DNA of 64,000 bases from the human T2T-CHM13v2.0 reference genome, Homo sapiens, in NCBI RefSeq assembly GCF_009914755.1, contig NC_060929.1, one strand, 5' to 3'. Shown here in pieces: positions 14,381 to 29,642 of this stretch. The first letter of the stretch is position 1. Each line of letters opens with the position of its first letter. The translations under genes and the position numbers were made by a program. A model generated the notes under the pieces. That model had not been told where the DNA came from and searched no databases. It saw nothing but the letters and a program-made list of their open reading frames with translations.

Positions 14381-16355
14381 CTGAGGAAACAACAACAGAT
14401 CAAAAAAGCATCTTGTTAGAAAGTTATGAAGAGAAAACATTTCCCAGAATCACTTACCCAGCCACATTTACCTGTATTGGTGCTTGGGGACTTCTGGAAC
14501 ATAAGGGTAAGACCAAATGATCTCAGTTTATAACCATACGGTGAAAATCTAGGACAACTTGAAACGCAAAACATATTTTACAATGATGGAGGTGTTTTCT
14601 AGCTTGCTTGAGGTTGTATTTACATAGGTGTACACATTTGTCAAAACTAAAACTGTATGCTTAAAATGGGTTTGTATGTAAATTTTTTAATTTACTGTTT
14701 TAAAAGTCAATAGGCTATTTCCACAAATACATCCTCTTGTGATATTAAAAAAGAAAAAATGTCAGGCATGGTAGCTCACATCTCTAATCCCAGCACTTTG
14801 GGAGCCCAGGCATCCTGAGGTCAGGTGTTCGAGACCAGCCTGGGCAACATGGTGAAACCCCATCTCTACTAAAAATACAAAAATCAGCTGGGTGTGGTGC
14901 TGCACGCCTGTAATCCCAGCTACTTGGGAGGCGGAGGCAAAAAATTGCTTGAACCCGGGAGGTTGCAGTGAGCCAAGATTTCGCCATTGCACTCCAGCCT
15001 GGGCAACAGAGTGAGACTCCATCTCAAAAAGAAAAAAAGAAAAAAAGAAAAAAAAATTTGTTTATATAAATTGACTTGATGTGATGTTATCTTAATGTGC
15101 TCAGTTATTGAATTTTGTCCTTGGTTACAGTCCTTACTTGTCTTTTTACCTGTAATAGAAGATTCTGTCTCTATCTAAATAAATAGATTTGAGAGTAGCT
15201 GCACACAGACATGGCCATGATTAACAATTCAACGCTATGCAATCATGAAGAAATGTAAAATTGTTTAAGTCTTCTGGTGCCTATCACAAGAGATCATCAC
15301 CTCCTGGAATAGGCCTGAAATGTGCCTGGCTTCCTGCTGGTCCCCATTTCATGGCTTAGTTCTAATCCTAAAGAGAGCCCACCGGGAAGGTATTTTAATA
15401 GAAGGAAGGGGGAGAATCTGAGTGAAGGACAAATCTTCTCATTTGTAAAATCTTAATCCCTGGAGTCAGAATCCCAGGTCTTCTACTTAGTCACTATGTG
15501 ACCATGGACAAGCTATTTAGCCTCTCTGAATCTATTTCTATGTCTAGCAATAGACATAGACAGTAGATTCAATAGGGTTCTTTGCAAGGGTACTTTCAGG
15601 TCCTTCCTGATAAACACTATGAATATAGTGGAGTAACAGCATTTGAGCCATGCTTGCTTAGAAGCGGCATAGCCAGTGTCTGGGAGTGCAAAACTATGTT
15701 GTTATTACTTTACCTACAGGGTGGGAGGGAAGTGTAATGTGGGTAGATGGAGAATGGGGTTTCAGGAGGCAGGCTTTGCTTTCATTTTTTAATTACAACA
15801 CACAAATACTGCATGCTCATTTTAGAATGTGCAGCTAAGCATAAAAAAGGAAAACTAAAAAAACCACAACCAGGTCACGGGCAGTGGCTCACACCCATAA
15901 TCCTAGCACTTTGGGAGGCTAAGGCAGGAGGATAGCCTGAGCCCAGGAGTTTGAGACCAGTTTGGTGAGACCCTGTCTCCAGAAAAAAATAAAACTGGCC
16001 AGGCGTGGTGATGCATGCCTGTGGTCCCAGCTACTTGGGAGGCTTGGGGTGGGAGGATCACTTGAGCCTGGGAGGATGAGTCTGCAGTGAGCTGTGATCG
16101 TGCCACTGCACTCCAGCCTGAGCAATGGAGTGAGACTCTGTCTCGAATAAATAAATAAACCATAACTTTAACATCCAGAAATGAGCACTTTTGCCATTTT
16201 GCTTTATATACTTTTATAGAATTTTATCCTTCTAGGATTTTTTCTTAACAGAAATAATTACTATATTCTATATGAACTATAGTATATCCTAATTGTATAC
16301 TATTTTAAAAGTAGCTTCTTTCACTTAATAATGTGTTATAACCAACATATTATAA

Positions 16356-16710
<355 letters not shown>

Positions 16711-17626
16711 TAACTAAGTAATCCCTTACTATTAAACATTTAGGTTGTTTATAATATTTTCATGATTATAAGTGTTAACAATGAACATCCTCCTCATACA
16801 TTTTTATTTATTAGTTCAATTTTTTCCTTAAGATAGAGCCCAGGAAAGTGACCTACTGGGTCAAAATGTATTCTGCATGTTTTCAAGATACCTGGGAGAA
16901 GACATCTTGACATCTTCAGTCAAGGCACAGAAAGCCCAAGTTTCTGCTACTGCCAACCTTGAACCGGCCTCTAAATTGTTTTCCCTTACTTCTAAACATA
17001 CCTATTCTGTAGGTAACTGAGACCAAGAATAACCTCACCGGCCAGGCGCGGTAGCTCACGTCTGTGGAATCCCAGCACTTTGGAAGGCCAAGGCGGGTGG
17101 ATCACCTGAGGTCGGGAGTTGGAGACCAGCCTGACCAACATGGAAAAACCCTGTCTCTACTAAAAATACAAAATTAGCCAGGCCTGGTGGCAGGTGCCTG
17201 TAATCCCAGCTACTCGGGAGGCTGAGGCAGCTTGAACCTGGGAGGCGGAGGTTGCAGTGAGCCAAGATCGCGCCATTGCCCTCCAGCCTGGGTAACAAGA
17301 GTGAAACTCTGTCTCAAAAAAAAAAAAGAAAAGAAAAGAATAACCTCACTATCCTGAGGAGTATTTTTTAAATCCAGCACAAATCTAGCCACACGTCAAC
17401 ACATTGAACATATACATGGTGGTAGTTCTGATATTTAGCCAGTATGTCAGATCAATCAGTGCATGCCATACAAGTTGCTAAATGTTTAAATGTTACGCCA
17501 TGTAATGGCATTCACAATGTCACTAAGGTATTTGGCTCTACACTAAATAGCCCCACTTTGATCATTTTGAATTTTTTATACAATGGCCACGTTGTCATTT
17601 CTTACAACTGGCTATCAGAAGGATTA

Positions 17627-17955
<329 letters not shown>

Positions 17956-18218
17956 TCAGAAGGATTATTCTCATAACCTCAGACTTTTTTTGTTTGTTAC
18001 TTCAAAAAGTTACTTGCACATACTAAAAGGCAGATTGTTTCTTACAGGAGCCAAAAGAAAAGATCTTATTAGTAAATCTATCTAACTTACATGGAGGTAG
18101 AAGACTTTGATGAGCATCATAAGACTAAGTCCCTTAAATTTTTCCCAAGTTCACTGAGAAAAAAAGTATGGAAACATTTTACAGAATCAAAGTTATTATC
18201 TAGGACTTTGTTATCTTA

Positions 18219-18563
<345 letters not shown>

Positions 18564-18784
18564 TTATGTATAGAAAAACATCAATAGACATTTTAAAATT
18601 TCTACATAAAATGGTCATTAGGTAGGGAAAATATATTAGGAAAATAAACATATTATGTTCGTTTCACTTACATTTTACTTTTGTTTGGGGCAGCCTCTAC
18701 TCCACCCCATCAAAGCATGCTGTTTCCCTATTGATAATTGAATTCCTCCTTGGTGTGTTATCTTAACTTGTTCTCCTTAAATTA

Positions 18785-19087
<303 letters not shown>

Positions 19088-19225
19088 TCATTCTTTCTTC
19101 CCCTATTTTCTCCCAACAGAAAGTCTGTGTACTATGTATCTAAGTACGCTATTCAGTAACATAATCTCTTTGGGCATCTCTGACAAACTGGGTCACCTAA
19201 ATGAACTTTCCAAATTAAAGCATCC

Positions 19226-19491
<266 letters not shown>

Positions 19492-19642
19492 TTAAGAGTG
19501 AAATTATTTTCTTCAACTTTTTTTTAAGAAGAAAAAAAAAATTCTGTGGGCTAGTCTTACAGACATAGTCTTTAAATGTAACTTGCTTCCAAGGAGATAT
19601 ACAAGTGAATCTGGCTAATCAAATAGGGCGGAATATGCTTAC

Positions 19643-19698
19643 AGTTTGATTGTTATTCCAAAGGCCATCTGAAGACTCTGTCACGGTGTCATTCCCAT
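19643..19698 (-). CDS. HAVCR1: HAVCR1 exon 6 (DGNDTVTESSDGLWNNNQT)
   Basis: gagtag|AT GGG AAT...CAA ACT|gtaagc; 56 nt. Confidence 0.96.
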
Positions 19699-21339
19699 CT
19701 ACTCAACAAGAAGGAAATTTAATTAGAATTACAAAAAATATTGAATTTTCACTGCAGACACTAAATATATTCACATTACCTTCTGGCGATGAAAAGTTGA
19801 ATGATAATATGATCAAATTCTGCAGGCACTGCAAGAGTCATACCAAGTTATTAATGTTATATTAATTTCTCCTGTAAAGTTGTATTTCTTAACCTTTCTG
19901 TCACCGGCTCTTTGAAAATGGACTCTTGTTTTTTCTTTATTAAAAAAATAATGCATGTGCACACACATGAATTTTATCTACTATTTTAGGGTCATCACAG
20001 AAGCCCATTCATGGAACCAGGTTAAGAATGCCATTTAAAGGCAATCAATACTTTTATGCTATCTAAACAGCTGTAAATGAATGGTCAGAGGCATGTACAT
20101 CCAAAAACCAGAACCACCCTTTTCAGAATGGACATCATATTGGTTTTATATTCAGAAGGAGTAAAATATGCTGTAATATCAAAAACAGGTGGCATATAAC
20201 TCCTGTGTTGTTGCCGATGTGCTTACATTTTGATCTAGAAGTGCTTTAGAAAATATGGCAGCCACCAGATCAAGCATATTATGCCATATAAGGATTAAGA
20301 TTTTATGTAATATATAAGATACATTTCTCTTAGAGTTGAACATTTAAAAATTTCAACATGTTTTAAAATATCTGCTTTGTAATAGACAGTATATTCTCAG
20401 CCAGGCATGGGTGGCTCATGCCTATAAACCCAAGCACTTTGGGAGTCCAAGGCAGGCGGATCACTTGAGGTCAGGAGTTCAAGACCAGCCTGGCCAACAT
20501 AGTGAAATCCCATCTCTAACAAAAAATACAAAAAATTAGCTGGGCATGGTGGCACATGCCTGTAGACTTAGCTACTCGGATGGCTGAGGTAGGAGAATCC
20601 CTGAACCTTGGAGGCAGAGGTTTCGGTGAGCTGTGATGGCACCACTGCACTCCAGGCTGGGCAACAGAGTGAGACCCTGTCCCCAAAAAAGAGTATATTC
20701 TGTTGGCCTTCCTAGACAACTATAGGTCAAATACAGAACTGACTTTTTACTGAGCATCTACCATGTAGTGAACACTTTACCTTCTAACAACCAGTTAGTT
20801 CCTTAATCCCATTTTTATGGATAAAGAAATACACAGGAAATGGTTAAACGATGATTTCTAATTAAGTGACAAGAGCCTCTGCTGATAACCTACACAACAC
20901 ATTGCACTTCTATCAAATGGAAATACTTAGGTCTATGAAATTCTGTAACTGGTGACAATGCTATAGGGCTCAACATGAATAAACTTGGACTAATATCTCC
21001 CCAACATTTACATTACTGTGTTTACATTTTACTGCTTCTGAGGCTTCCTAGAAAGCCAAAGGCAAGGCCAGGCGCAGTGGCTCATGCCTGTAATCCCAGC
21101 ACTTAGGGAGGCTGAGGCAGGCAGATCCCTTGAAGTCAGGAGTTCAAGATCAGCCTGGCCAATGTGGTGAAACCCCATCTCTACTAAAAATATAAAAAAT
21201 TAGCCAGCGTGATGCTGCACATCTGTAATTCCAGCTACTTGGGAGGCTGAGACACAAGAATTGCTTGAACTCAGGGGGTGGAGATTACAGTGAGCCAAGA
21301 TTGTGCCACTGCACTCCAGCCTGGGCAACAGAGTGAGAC

Positions 21340-21445
21340 TGAGAAAGAAGGAAGGAAAGGGAAGGGAAGGGAGAAAGAAAGGACGAAGGAAGGAAGGAAG
21401 GAAGGAAGGAAGGAAGGAAGGAAGGAAGGAAGGAAGGAAGGAAGG

Positions 21446-21515
<70 letters not shown>

Positions 21516-21631
21516 GAAGGAAGGAAGGAGGAAGGAAGGAAAGAAAGAAAGGAAAGAAGAAAGGAGGAAGGAAGGAAGGAGAGAGAAAGAAAGACAAAGA
21601 AAGAAGGAAAGAAAGAAAGAAAGAAAGAAAG

Positions 21632-21681
<50 letters not shown>

Positions 21682-21716
21682 GAGGGAGGGAGGAAGGAAG
21701 GAAGGAAGGAGAAAAG
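21340..21716 (+). repeat. Compound (GGAA)n/(GAAA)n microsatellite expanded from an Alu tail
   Basis: About 380 bp of almost pure purine after the Alu at 21067-21340; TSD AGAAAGCCAAA(G/A)GCAA at 21051-21066 and 21715-21730. Confidence 0.95.
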
Positions 21717-21992
21717 AAAGCCAAAAGCAATATGTAGGTTTATGCAATATATAGAATCTCAGCCCTGTTTGTGACAGGTATTATGACCTTAAGTAACAGT
21801 TTCAGGAAGAGGATGGGGTGATGCAGAAAAACAGCACGGACCGGAGTCAGATAAAATTTCAGTTCAATGCTGACAATGTCTGTTAGCAATGTAACTTTGA
21901 TACTCAAGGTCCTTTTCATACACACAGTTATGTATGTATGTATAGGTATATAAAGGGGTGTGTGTTTATGTGTGTATGTGTGTGTGTGTATA

Positions 21993-22300
21993 CAGTAGTG
22001 CCCCCTTATCCACAGGGGATATGTTCCAAGACCCTCAAGTAGATGCATGAAACCAAGGATAGTACCAAACCCTATAGAGACCATGTTTTTCCTAGATATA
22101 CATACCTATGATAAAAGTTCAATTTACAAATTAGGCACAGAAAGATATTAACAGCAATAAATAATATAATAGAAAAATTATAGAAATAAACTGTAATAAA
22201 AGCTATGGGAATTTAGTCTCTCTCAAAATATCTTAGTATTTGAGGAATATAGTTGACTGCTACAGAAAAGCAAAACTGCAGATAAGGGGAAAACTACTAT
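21993..22300 (+). mobile_element. Tigger3a-like MITE
   Basis: Terminal inverted repeats CAGTAGTGCCCCCTTATC and GATAAGGGGAAAACTACTA, TA-flanked. Confidence 0.7.
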
Positions 22301-23571
22301 ATATATATTTCTAGCTACAGTACGCATGAACTACAACCTATTAATAGTACACAGCCCATCAAGTTGTTACAATTAAATTAGATGATGCATGTAAAGTGGT
22401 TGGCACTAAGCTATTATTATTATATAATGGGAAGAGGAGTGGGGAGGAGGGAGGGATAGATACTATGCAATGCACTTTCCAAATATCATATACTCTAATC
22501 ATTCAAAGAGGAATGTTCAACAATTTTCCTGTGGGCACAGAACTAGTAACTTATAGCTGAAATGGGAGTTGTGTGTCTCCAGAGCAGATTTATAGCGCCT
22601 CCTCAATCTGGCAATAGCATTAAATATGGCCTGCCTTGAAAGAATTAAACAAGATAATATATCCATTTCCTGGCACATACATCTGTCAAAGGTGGGTAGT
22701 GGGCCATATGACAGCTCCAATCCTTTCCAGATCTAATATTCCTTGCTTCCATGGGCTTTAGGCAACTGAGGGCCAACCCAGGCACAGTAAGAACTTGGCC
22801 CAAGAGCCTTGGATCCACAGCCAAAATGGCAGCAGCCACACAAATCCTGGGGATACAGCTGCTCCACTGTCTGTTCCACCTGGAAAACTCTACTTTGACC
22901 AGGTTTCACTGACATAGTATTTCGGAGAATGATTCCCCACTCCTACTTTCTTCCTCCTTACACTCTCAAAGAGTGGGGTGCAGCTGCTCCTACCACTGTT
23001 ACGTTGTGTTTTTATCTATTTTCATTTTGCTTTTGTGCCTGGAAACAGTTTGCGCTAAGGATTACACTTTCAAAACGAAATGTCGCCATTATCTAATCCC
23101 AGTTGAATGAGTCCCTCTGTGAATCACACTGCAGGTCCATTTTAAATTAACCAGCTACCAGGAATGATTGGCAAAAAAGGTAGGCCATGTAGGCTGGGGA
23201 GCAGCTGCCTACAGATTGGCAACAGCTGAGTACAATGAGTCATACACACAAGGAGGCCTGCAAGGTGTGACCTTGCTTGGATGCCACACAAGGACACAGA
23301 GCCAGCTCAGCATCACAGAGGAGCTCAGCACAGGGCACTCCCAGAGCTTACCACTAAGGGAAACAAGGAGAGTTAGCTGGGAAAGATGACAGGTTTCAGC
23401 ATCAACTTTCTCCATCACAAGGAAAGACAGGTCAATTCTACACTTCCAAGGAGCAGAGACTCTAAGAGGCCTGTTCAGACTTGAAAGAATAGTAAGGATT
23501 GTTTGGAGCAGAGTAGCAGGATCTCAGAGGGTCATGCCTCTTTGATGTTGGTGTGGGTGTCCTCAACTCAT

Positions 23572-25128
23572 CTGTCTTAGTCTGTTCAGGCTGCTATGAT
23601 AAGATAGCTTAGATTGGGTAATTTAAACAGAAATTTATTGCTCACAGTTCGAGGCTGGGTAGTCCAAGATCAAGGCACAGGCTGATTACTCAATCTAGTG
23701 AGGGTCCTCTTTCCTATAGATGGTGTCTTCTATTTGTTCTTATATGGGGGAAGGGTCAAACAAGTTCCCTTGGGCCTCTTTTTGTTTAACTAATTAATTT
23801 ATTGTTTCTCTCCCATCCAGAAAATGTAACTTGGGCCTTTTATAAGAGCATTGATTCCATTCATGAAGGCGGGGCTCTCATGACCTAATCATGCTCTGAA
23901 GGCCCCAGCTCTTAATACTTGCATTGGGAATTAGCTATCAACATGAATTTGGGAATTATCTATCAACATGAATTTAGGGGTGTGGTGTTATGAGATTATA
24001 CATACATATATAGATAGATAGAGGTCTGTGCATGGTTCCTGGCTCATAACTCCCATATCCCTGATTATAGTCTTTTCTTATCATGGTAAGTATGTTTGAC
24101 CTCAGGAAACAATATTGGACTTTCTCCTGCTCTCCTTTCACCTGACAAGGCAGAACTTTAATTTCCCCCGCCTTTCTGATTGTGGGTCATAAGACACTTC
24201 CCAGAGAGAGTCCTTCCCTGTGCCCCTGGGGGATGGAATGTTGATGTCTTGAAGTTTCCATAAAAACCCAAAAGGCCTGGGTGCGGTGGCTCACGCCTGT
24301 AATCTCAACACTTTGGAAGGCTGAGGTGGGCAGATCACCTGAGGTCAGGAGTTCAAGACCAGCCTGGACAACATGATGAAACCCCATCTCTACTAAAAAT
24401 ACAAAATTAGCCGGGCAGGATGACGCATACGTGTAATCCCAGCTACTTGGAAAGCTGAGGCAGGAGAATTGCTTGAACTTGGGAGCAGAGGTTGCAGTGA
24501 GCCAAGATCATGCCACTGCCCTCTAGCCTGGGTGATGACAGAGCAAGACTCCGTCTCAAAAAAAAAAAAAGTACAAGAAGACTAGGTTTTGAGAGCTTCC
24601 AGATAGTCAAACACTTGGAGGTTCCTAGAAGGTGAAGTTCCCAAGGAAGAGCATGGAACCCTTTCCCATATACCTCATCCTGTGCATCTCATCATCAGTA
24701 TCCTTTGCAATATCCTTTATAATTATCTGGTAAACATAAGTGTTTCCCTGAGTTCTGGAAGCCACTCCAGGAAATTAATAGAACCCAAAGAGAGGGTTGT
24801 GGGAACCCCAACTTGAAACTGGCCGCTCAGAAGTTCCAGAGACCCGAACTTGTGACTGGTGTGTGTGGTGGGGTTGGGAGGGGCAGTCTTGGGGACTGAG
24901 CCCCTTACCTGTGGGATATGACCCTCTCTCCGGGTAGACAGTGTAAGAACTGAATTAAAGACACAGCCGGTGTCCACTGCTTGATGTATGGGGAAAAAAC
25001 TCCACACATTCGGTCACAGAAGTCTTCATCTGAGTTGATGATTGTTGTTGACGTGGTGTGAGAAGAGACAGAAAACCCAGTTTGGGAGTTTCCCTTAATA
25101 GCGAGGACACAAACATTCAAATCATAGC
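23572..25128. mobile_element. MLT1A-like MaLR LTR interrupted by a MER21-like LTR (~23981-25098), which is itself interrupted by an AluS (~24273-24570)
   Basis: TGTCTTAGTCTGTTCAGGCTGCTAT...ACATGAATTTAGGGG | TGTGGTGTTATGAGA...TTTCCC | GAGGACACAAACATTCAAATCATAGC. Confidence 0.65.
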
Positions 25129-25554
25129 CCCATCTGAGAATGCTCATGTAAATACAAATTTGATGAGTCAGTGGAAGCCTCCTGGTACTTTTTGGGGTCT
25201 GGGACTTGTCAGAAGCATAGGGTCTGGTGTTTGAGCTAAACATCAGAGGGCTGGATTTAATTGTTTTAAGGCCCTGGCCCAAGGAATCAAGTCAAAATAA
25301 TATGTTCAGATTCAAGACTGGTTGATTTGATTTCTAAAAACAAGGTAATATGCATGTGGATGTTTCCAAATCACATAAGCTATCTGTGCAGTCAGGCATT
25401 TGGATTCTTGATGTTCTAAGGAACAATAATAATAGCTGCTATTATATTTATCACTTACCCCCTGTAACCATGTCCCAAATCTTTCATCCCATTTGATCCT
25501 CACAAGCATTCTGCAAGATCTTGGTATTACATCCTTTTTACAAATGACAAAACA

Positions 25555-25974
<420 letters not shown>

Positions 25975-26040
25975 TCAACAAAGTCAATGGTTATCAAGGT
26001 TTGAATGATCCCAGGTCTTCAGGAAAGAGAACGCAGTTAC

Positions 26041-26148
26041 CTGTTGTGTAAGAGTACAATGGTGAGCTGGTGGGTTCTCTCCTTATTGCTCCCTGCAGTG
26101 TCGTAGGGTGGGTTTCTGCTGGCTGAGGTGAAGATGGTGAAGTGGCTA
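26041..26148 (-). CDS. HAVCR1: HAVCR1 exon 5 (VATSPSSPQPAETHPTTLQGAIRREPTSSPLYSYTT)
   Basis: ttccag|TA GCC ACT...ACA ACA G|gtaact; 108 nt; visible within ORF 25994..26221. Confidence 0.97.
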
Positions 26149-28531
26149 CTGGAATGAAAAGAATGGAAGAATTGTTCCATTTGTGGAGGAAAATGTGCAC
26201 CCCAAGAAAAATAAAGAACAAAACTAGAATCAGGAATTACCATCACCTTTCCATGGGCCCTTCTCCTGGCCTTCCACAGTGGGCATGCAGGGCTTCTACC
26301 GACCCACTTCTGAACCTTTCGGCTCCTCTTAGAAATGTATTCAAAGATGGCCTTCAGGCATTGCCCTGCTATCTAATTATCTCATTAACATGAGGAAATG
26401 CGATCTAGATAATGTTCCACATAGTCAATATATACGATTATCTCAAACTTTCTATACTCCCAGGTTCCCTCTAAATAGACAAAGCCAACAACAGGGCATT
26501 TTATGTAGAATACCCAATTAAGCTTTATTTTATTCATACAAGTGATATTTCACTTTCAGAAAATGGGGGCTTAGGAATTTGCACTAACATGCCCTACCCC
26601 CTTCACAACAGCCCCATTCTGGGTTTCCTGGCCTTACTCAAGTTCAATTATCCACACATCTAATAACTAACAGAGAATAGATACAATATTAATTCCTTGA
26701 GGTCTCTTAAAGCTGACAATATTGCCCAATGTCAGCCTTGGTAATGATTTACAACCCTAAAAGTAAGGTTCCTGGCAGGACCTGACCCCAGCTCCTTCTG
26801 CATCTGCATTCTAGTCATTCCTTTAGGGGTGATTTCCTGTGTTTTCTGACTCATCTTACACTTCTCACGGTAAAGCTTCCATTAGGAATTCTCCAGCATA
26901 GGGCTACATTCCCCTTTCCTTTCCTGAAATCCCTCCTTTATTTCCTATCAGATATCTCACCTTATTTGCAAAGTTGATCACTTGCCTCTTCACAAAGCAT
27001 TTACATGATTCCCTTCTCTTAGAGCACCACAGAAATTTAGAGTCAATTAGTGACGGTGACTGGATGAATTCCCAAACCTGGCTTTCCTTATTGCCTCTCA
27101 CTGGTCTGTTTCTCTTTCTCCACCACAGTCTCAATAACTTCACTTTTCAACATCGCTCTTTCTCCTGTTCTCAACTTTTTCCTGTTTTCCTCTAGTGCTC
27201 AAACCTGTAAGAGGATGTGGCTCTCTTTCGGAACGAAAAACAGAACAACACAGGAGAGTCACGTGGGCAGTCTGTACCCAATTGAGTTCTGTGCAAAAGA
27301 TCTCTTGAGCTTAACTTCTTTCCTAAGTTTGGGTCCTTATGGCATCTTTCTTTTCTCCACTGCTCCTACAACCATACATACAATTGTTCCCGGGAGTTTT
27401 AGGCAGCAAGCAGGTACTAGGGGCACTGAGCAGGGAAGATTGGATGCAAAGATAAATGTCCCTGCGTTCTATTTGCTCCAGGGTTCTCTCATTCCTGGAC
27501 TGTAATGTTCAACTCATGCAAACTCTTTAGAAAACTATCCAGATAAGAATAACCTCAAGTGATACCATCCTCCAAGTTATAGCCATATAAACCAACTCTT
27601 AGGAGAAAGGCAACTTTCTCCCAAATCTCGGCTTTAAATGAAATCAGTGACTTGGGGATGTTCTCCAAAACCAGTCCACTAATCCATCCACCTTAGCAGA
27701 CACAAGCTAAGTATTAAAAAGTGAAATCAACATTGAGAAAGTCTAACAGACTCTCTAGTGTGTGCGGCTGCCTGGAACAAAACTGTTTTTCTTACAAAAC
27801 TTTTATGGCTCTAAAATCCCAGGTATGACCTAATTAACACCCTCTATTTCAAACTGAGCTACTAGCCCAACCCTTCAGATCTCTCCTGGTTAAACACACA
27901 ATTCAATGGCAGTCAAGGGAAATCAATATGTTCCATCAGATTTTTCCAGCTAAGAGGCTGCGACATTTGTTACTCCTCAGAATCCAGAGCCACCCTAAGG
28001 GGTCAATGGATTTCAGAGGGCTTTGAGAATCTCCACTAAAAGTTATCTTTTAAATCCCGAAAATGGAAGATTTGAACCTATACTTGTCCTCAGAATGACA
28101 AGCTATTTCCCTACCTATAAGTCAAGTTATCCTCTATTTGTATTAAATCTAATGTCTTATTTACAGGGAATTTGAAGTATCAACTATATGGCCTGAACTG
28201 AAAAAAATAAACTGTACATTCTAAATCCCTAAAGCCCTTAAATCCAATGTTACTTTTTCCTAAGTATAAATCACACCTTTTGCAATTTCCACTGTACATA
28301 AATAAATTAAAGGACCTTTGAAGTAAAAATGTGTAAGTCATTGACTACCCTGAAAAGACAGTGTGGTTGTTTAAGGGTTTTTTTCAGTAAAAATGTTAGA
28401 TCAGGGCAAACTCATCCAAACATAAAACTCAGTGCTGATAATAGGAGGCATGATCCAGTAGTTAAAAGTACTGGCCCTATTTCAAGCTAACAGAGATCAA
28501 AACGTGACTCGACCACTTTCTATCTGTGTAA

Positions 28532-28786
<255 letters not shown>

Positions 28787-29363
28787 TAACTTTCAACAAT
28801 GAACTTTTAGACTCTGTCTCAGTTCTAACAATTATAAACCACACCTACAGTGGATATAATTATCCTAAGAATTAAATGCATGAGGCATGGTGCCTGGTAG
28901 ATAGAAAACAGTAAATGTTAACTTCTCTGAAATCAAGGTCTGCTTTCAGAATGGACTAAATGATCTCTCTTCAGAGCTCTTCGTGAGGACACAATCTCAT
29001 TTATCTGACCTTGGTTCTCTGGCATTCCCTGTGTTTTCATCATAAAGCCATACCTAGCTGAGTCAGATCCACAGTATCCCTGTTAGATGTTCTACATCCG
29101 TGGTCCAGCTATTTTTGGTTAATAATCAATTTCTTTGAGAATTGACAAAAAGCAATGGGTCCCCTCACTCCAAAAATGCTCATTGGTGCAAAAGATGCAT
29201 ACAACTTGGGAGTTGGGGAGGATCACAAACCCTGAGGAGACCCTGATTGAAACCCAGGTAAGACCCCTCACTCTAGACTGTCCTTCTACCTTGATACAAT
29301 GCCCTGGATGGTCCCCAGCTCCTCATTAGAAGGCCTTTGGGCTTCCAAACACATCTGTTTTAC

Positions 29364-29642
29364 CTGGTTCATGGTTCTGCCTGGGCAAAGGCATTGGAGG
29401 AACAAAGGTAGAGACCGCTGTTGTCACTGGAACACTTGTTGTTGTTGGAATGCTCGTTGTCGTTGGAACGCTCGTTGTCGTTGAAACAGTCATTGTCGTC
29501 GGAACAGTCGTTGTCGTTGGAATGCTCATTGTTGTTGGAACAGTTGTCGTTGGAACAGTCGTTGTCGTTGGAACAGTGGTGCTCGTTCGAACAGTCGTGA
29601 CGGTTGGAACAGTTGTGACAATTGGAGTAGTCGTGACCTTGG
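29364..29642 (-). CDS. HAVCR1: HAVCR1 exon 4, Thr-rich mucin domain (PTTTTV-type repeats)
   Basis: ctccag|CC AAG GTC ACG...GAA CCA G|gtaaaa; 279 nt encoding KVTTTPIVTTVP...PRQNHEP. Confidence 0.98.

Noticed and set aside
21200-21754. 144-176 aa low-complexity ORFs (FLS-rich and KERK-rich)
   Set aside because: Translations of the GAAA/GGAA microsatellite, which lacks stop codons.
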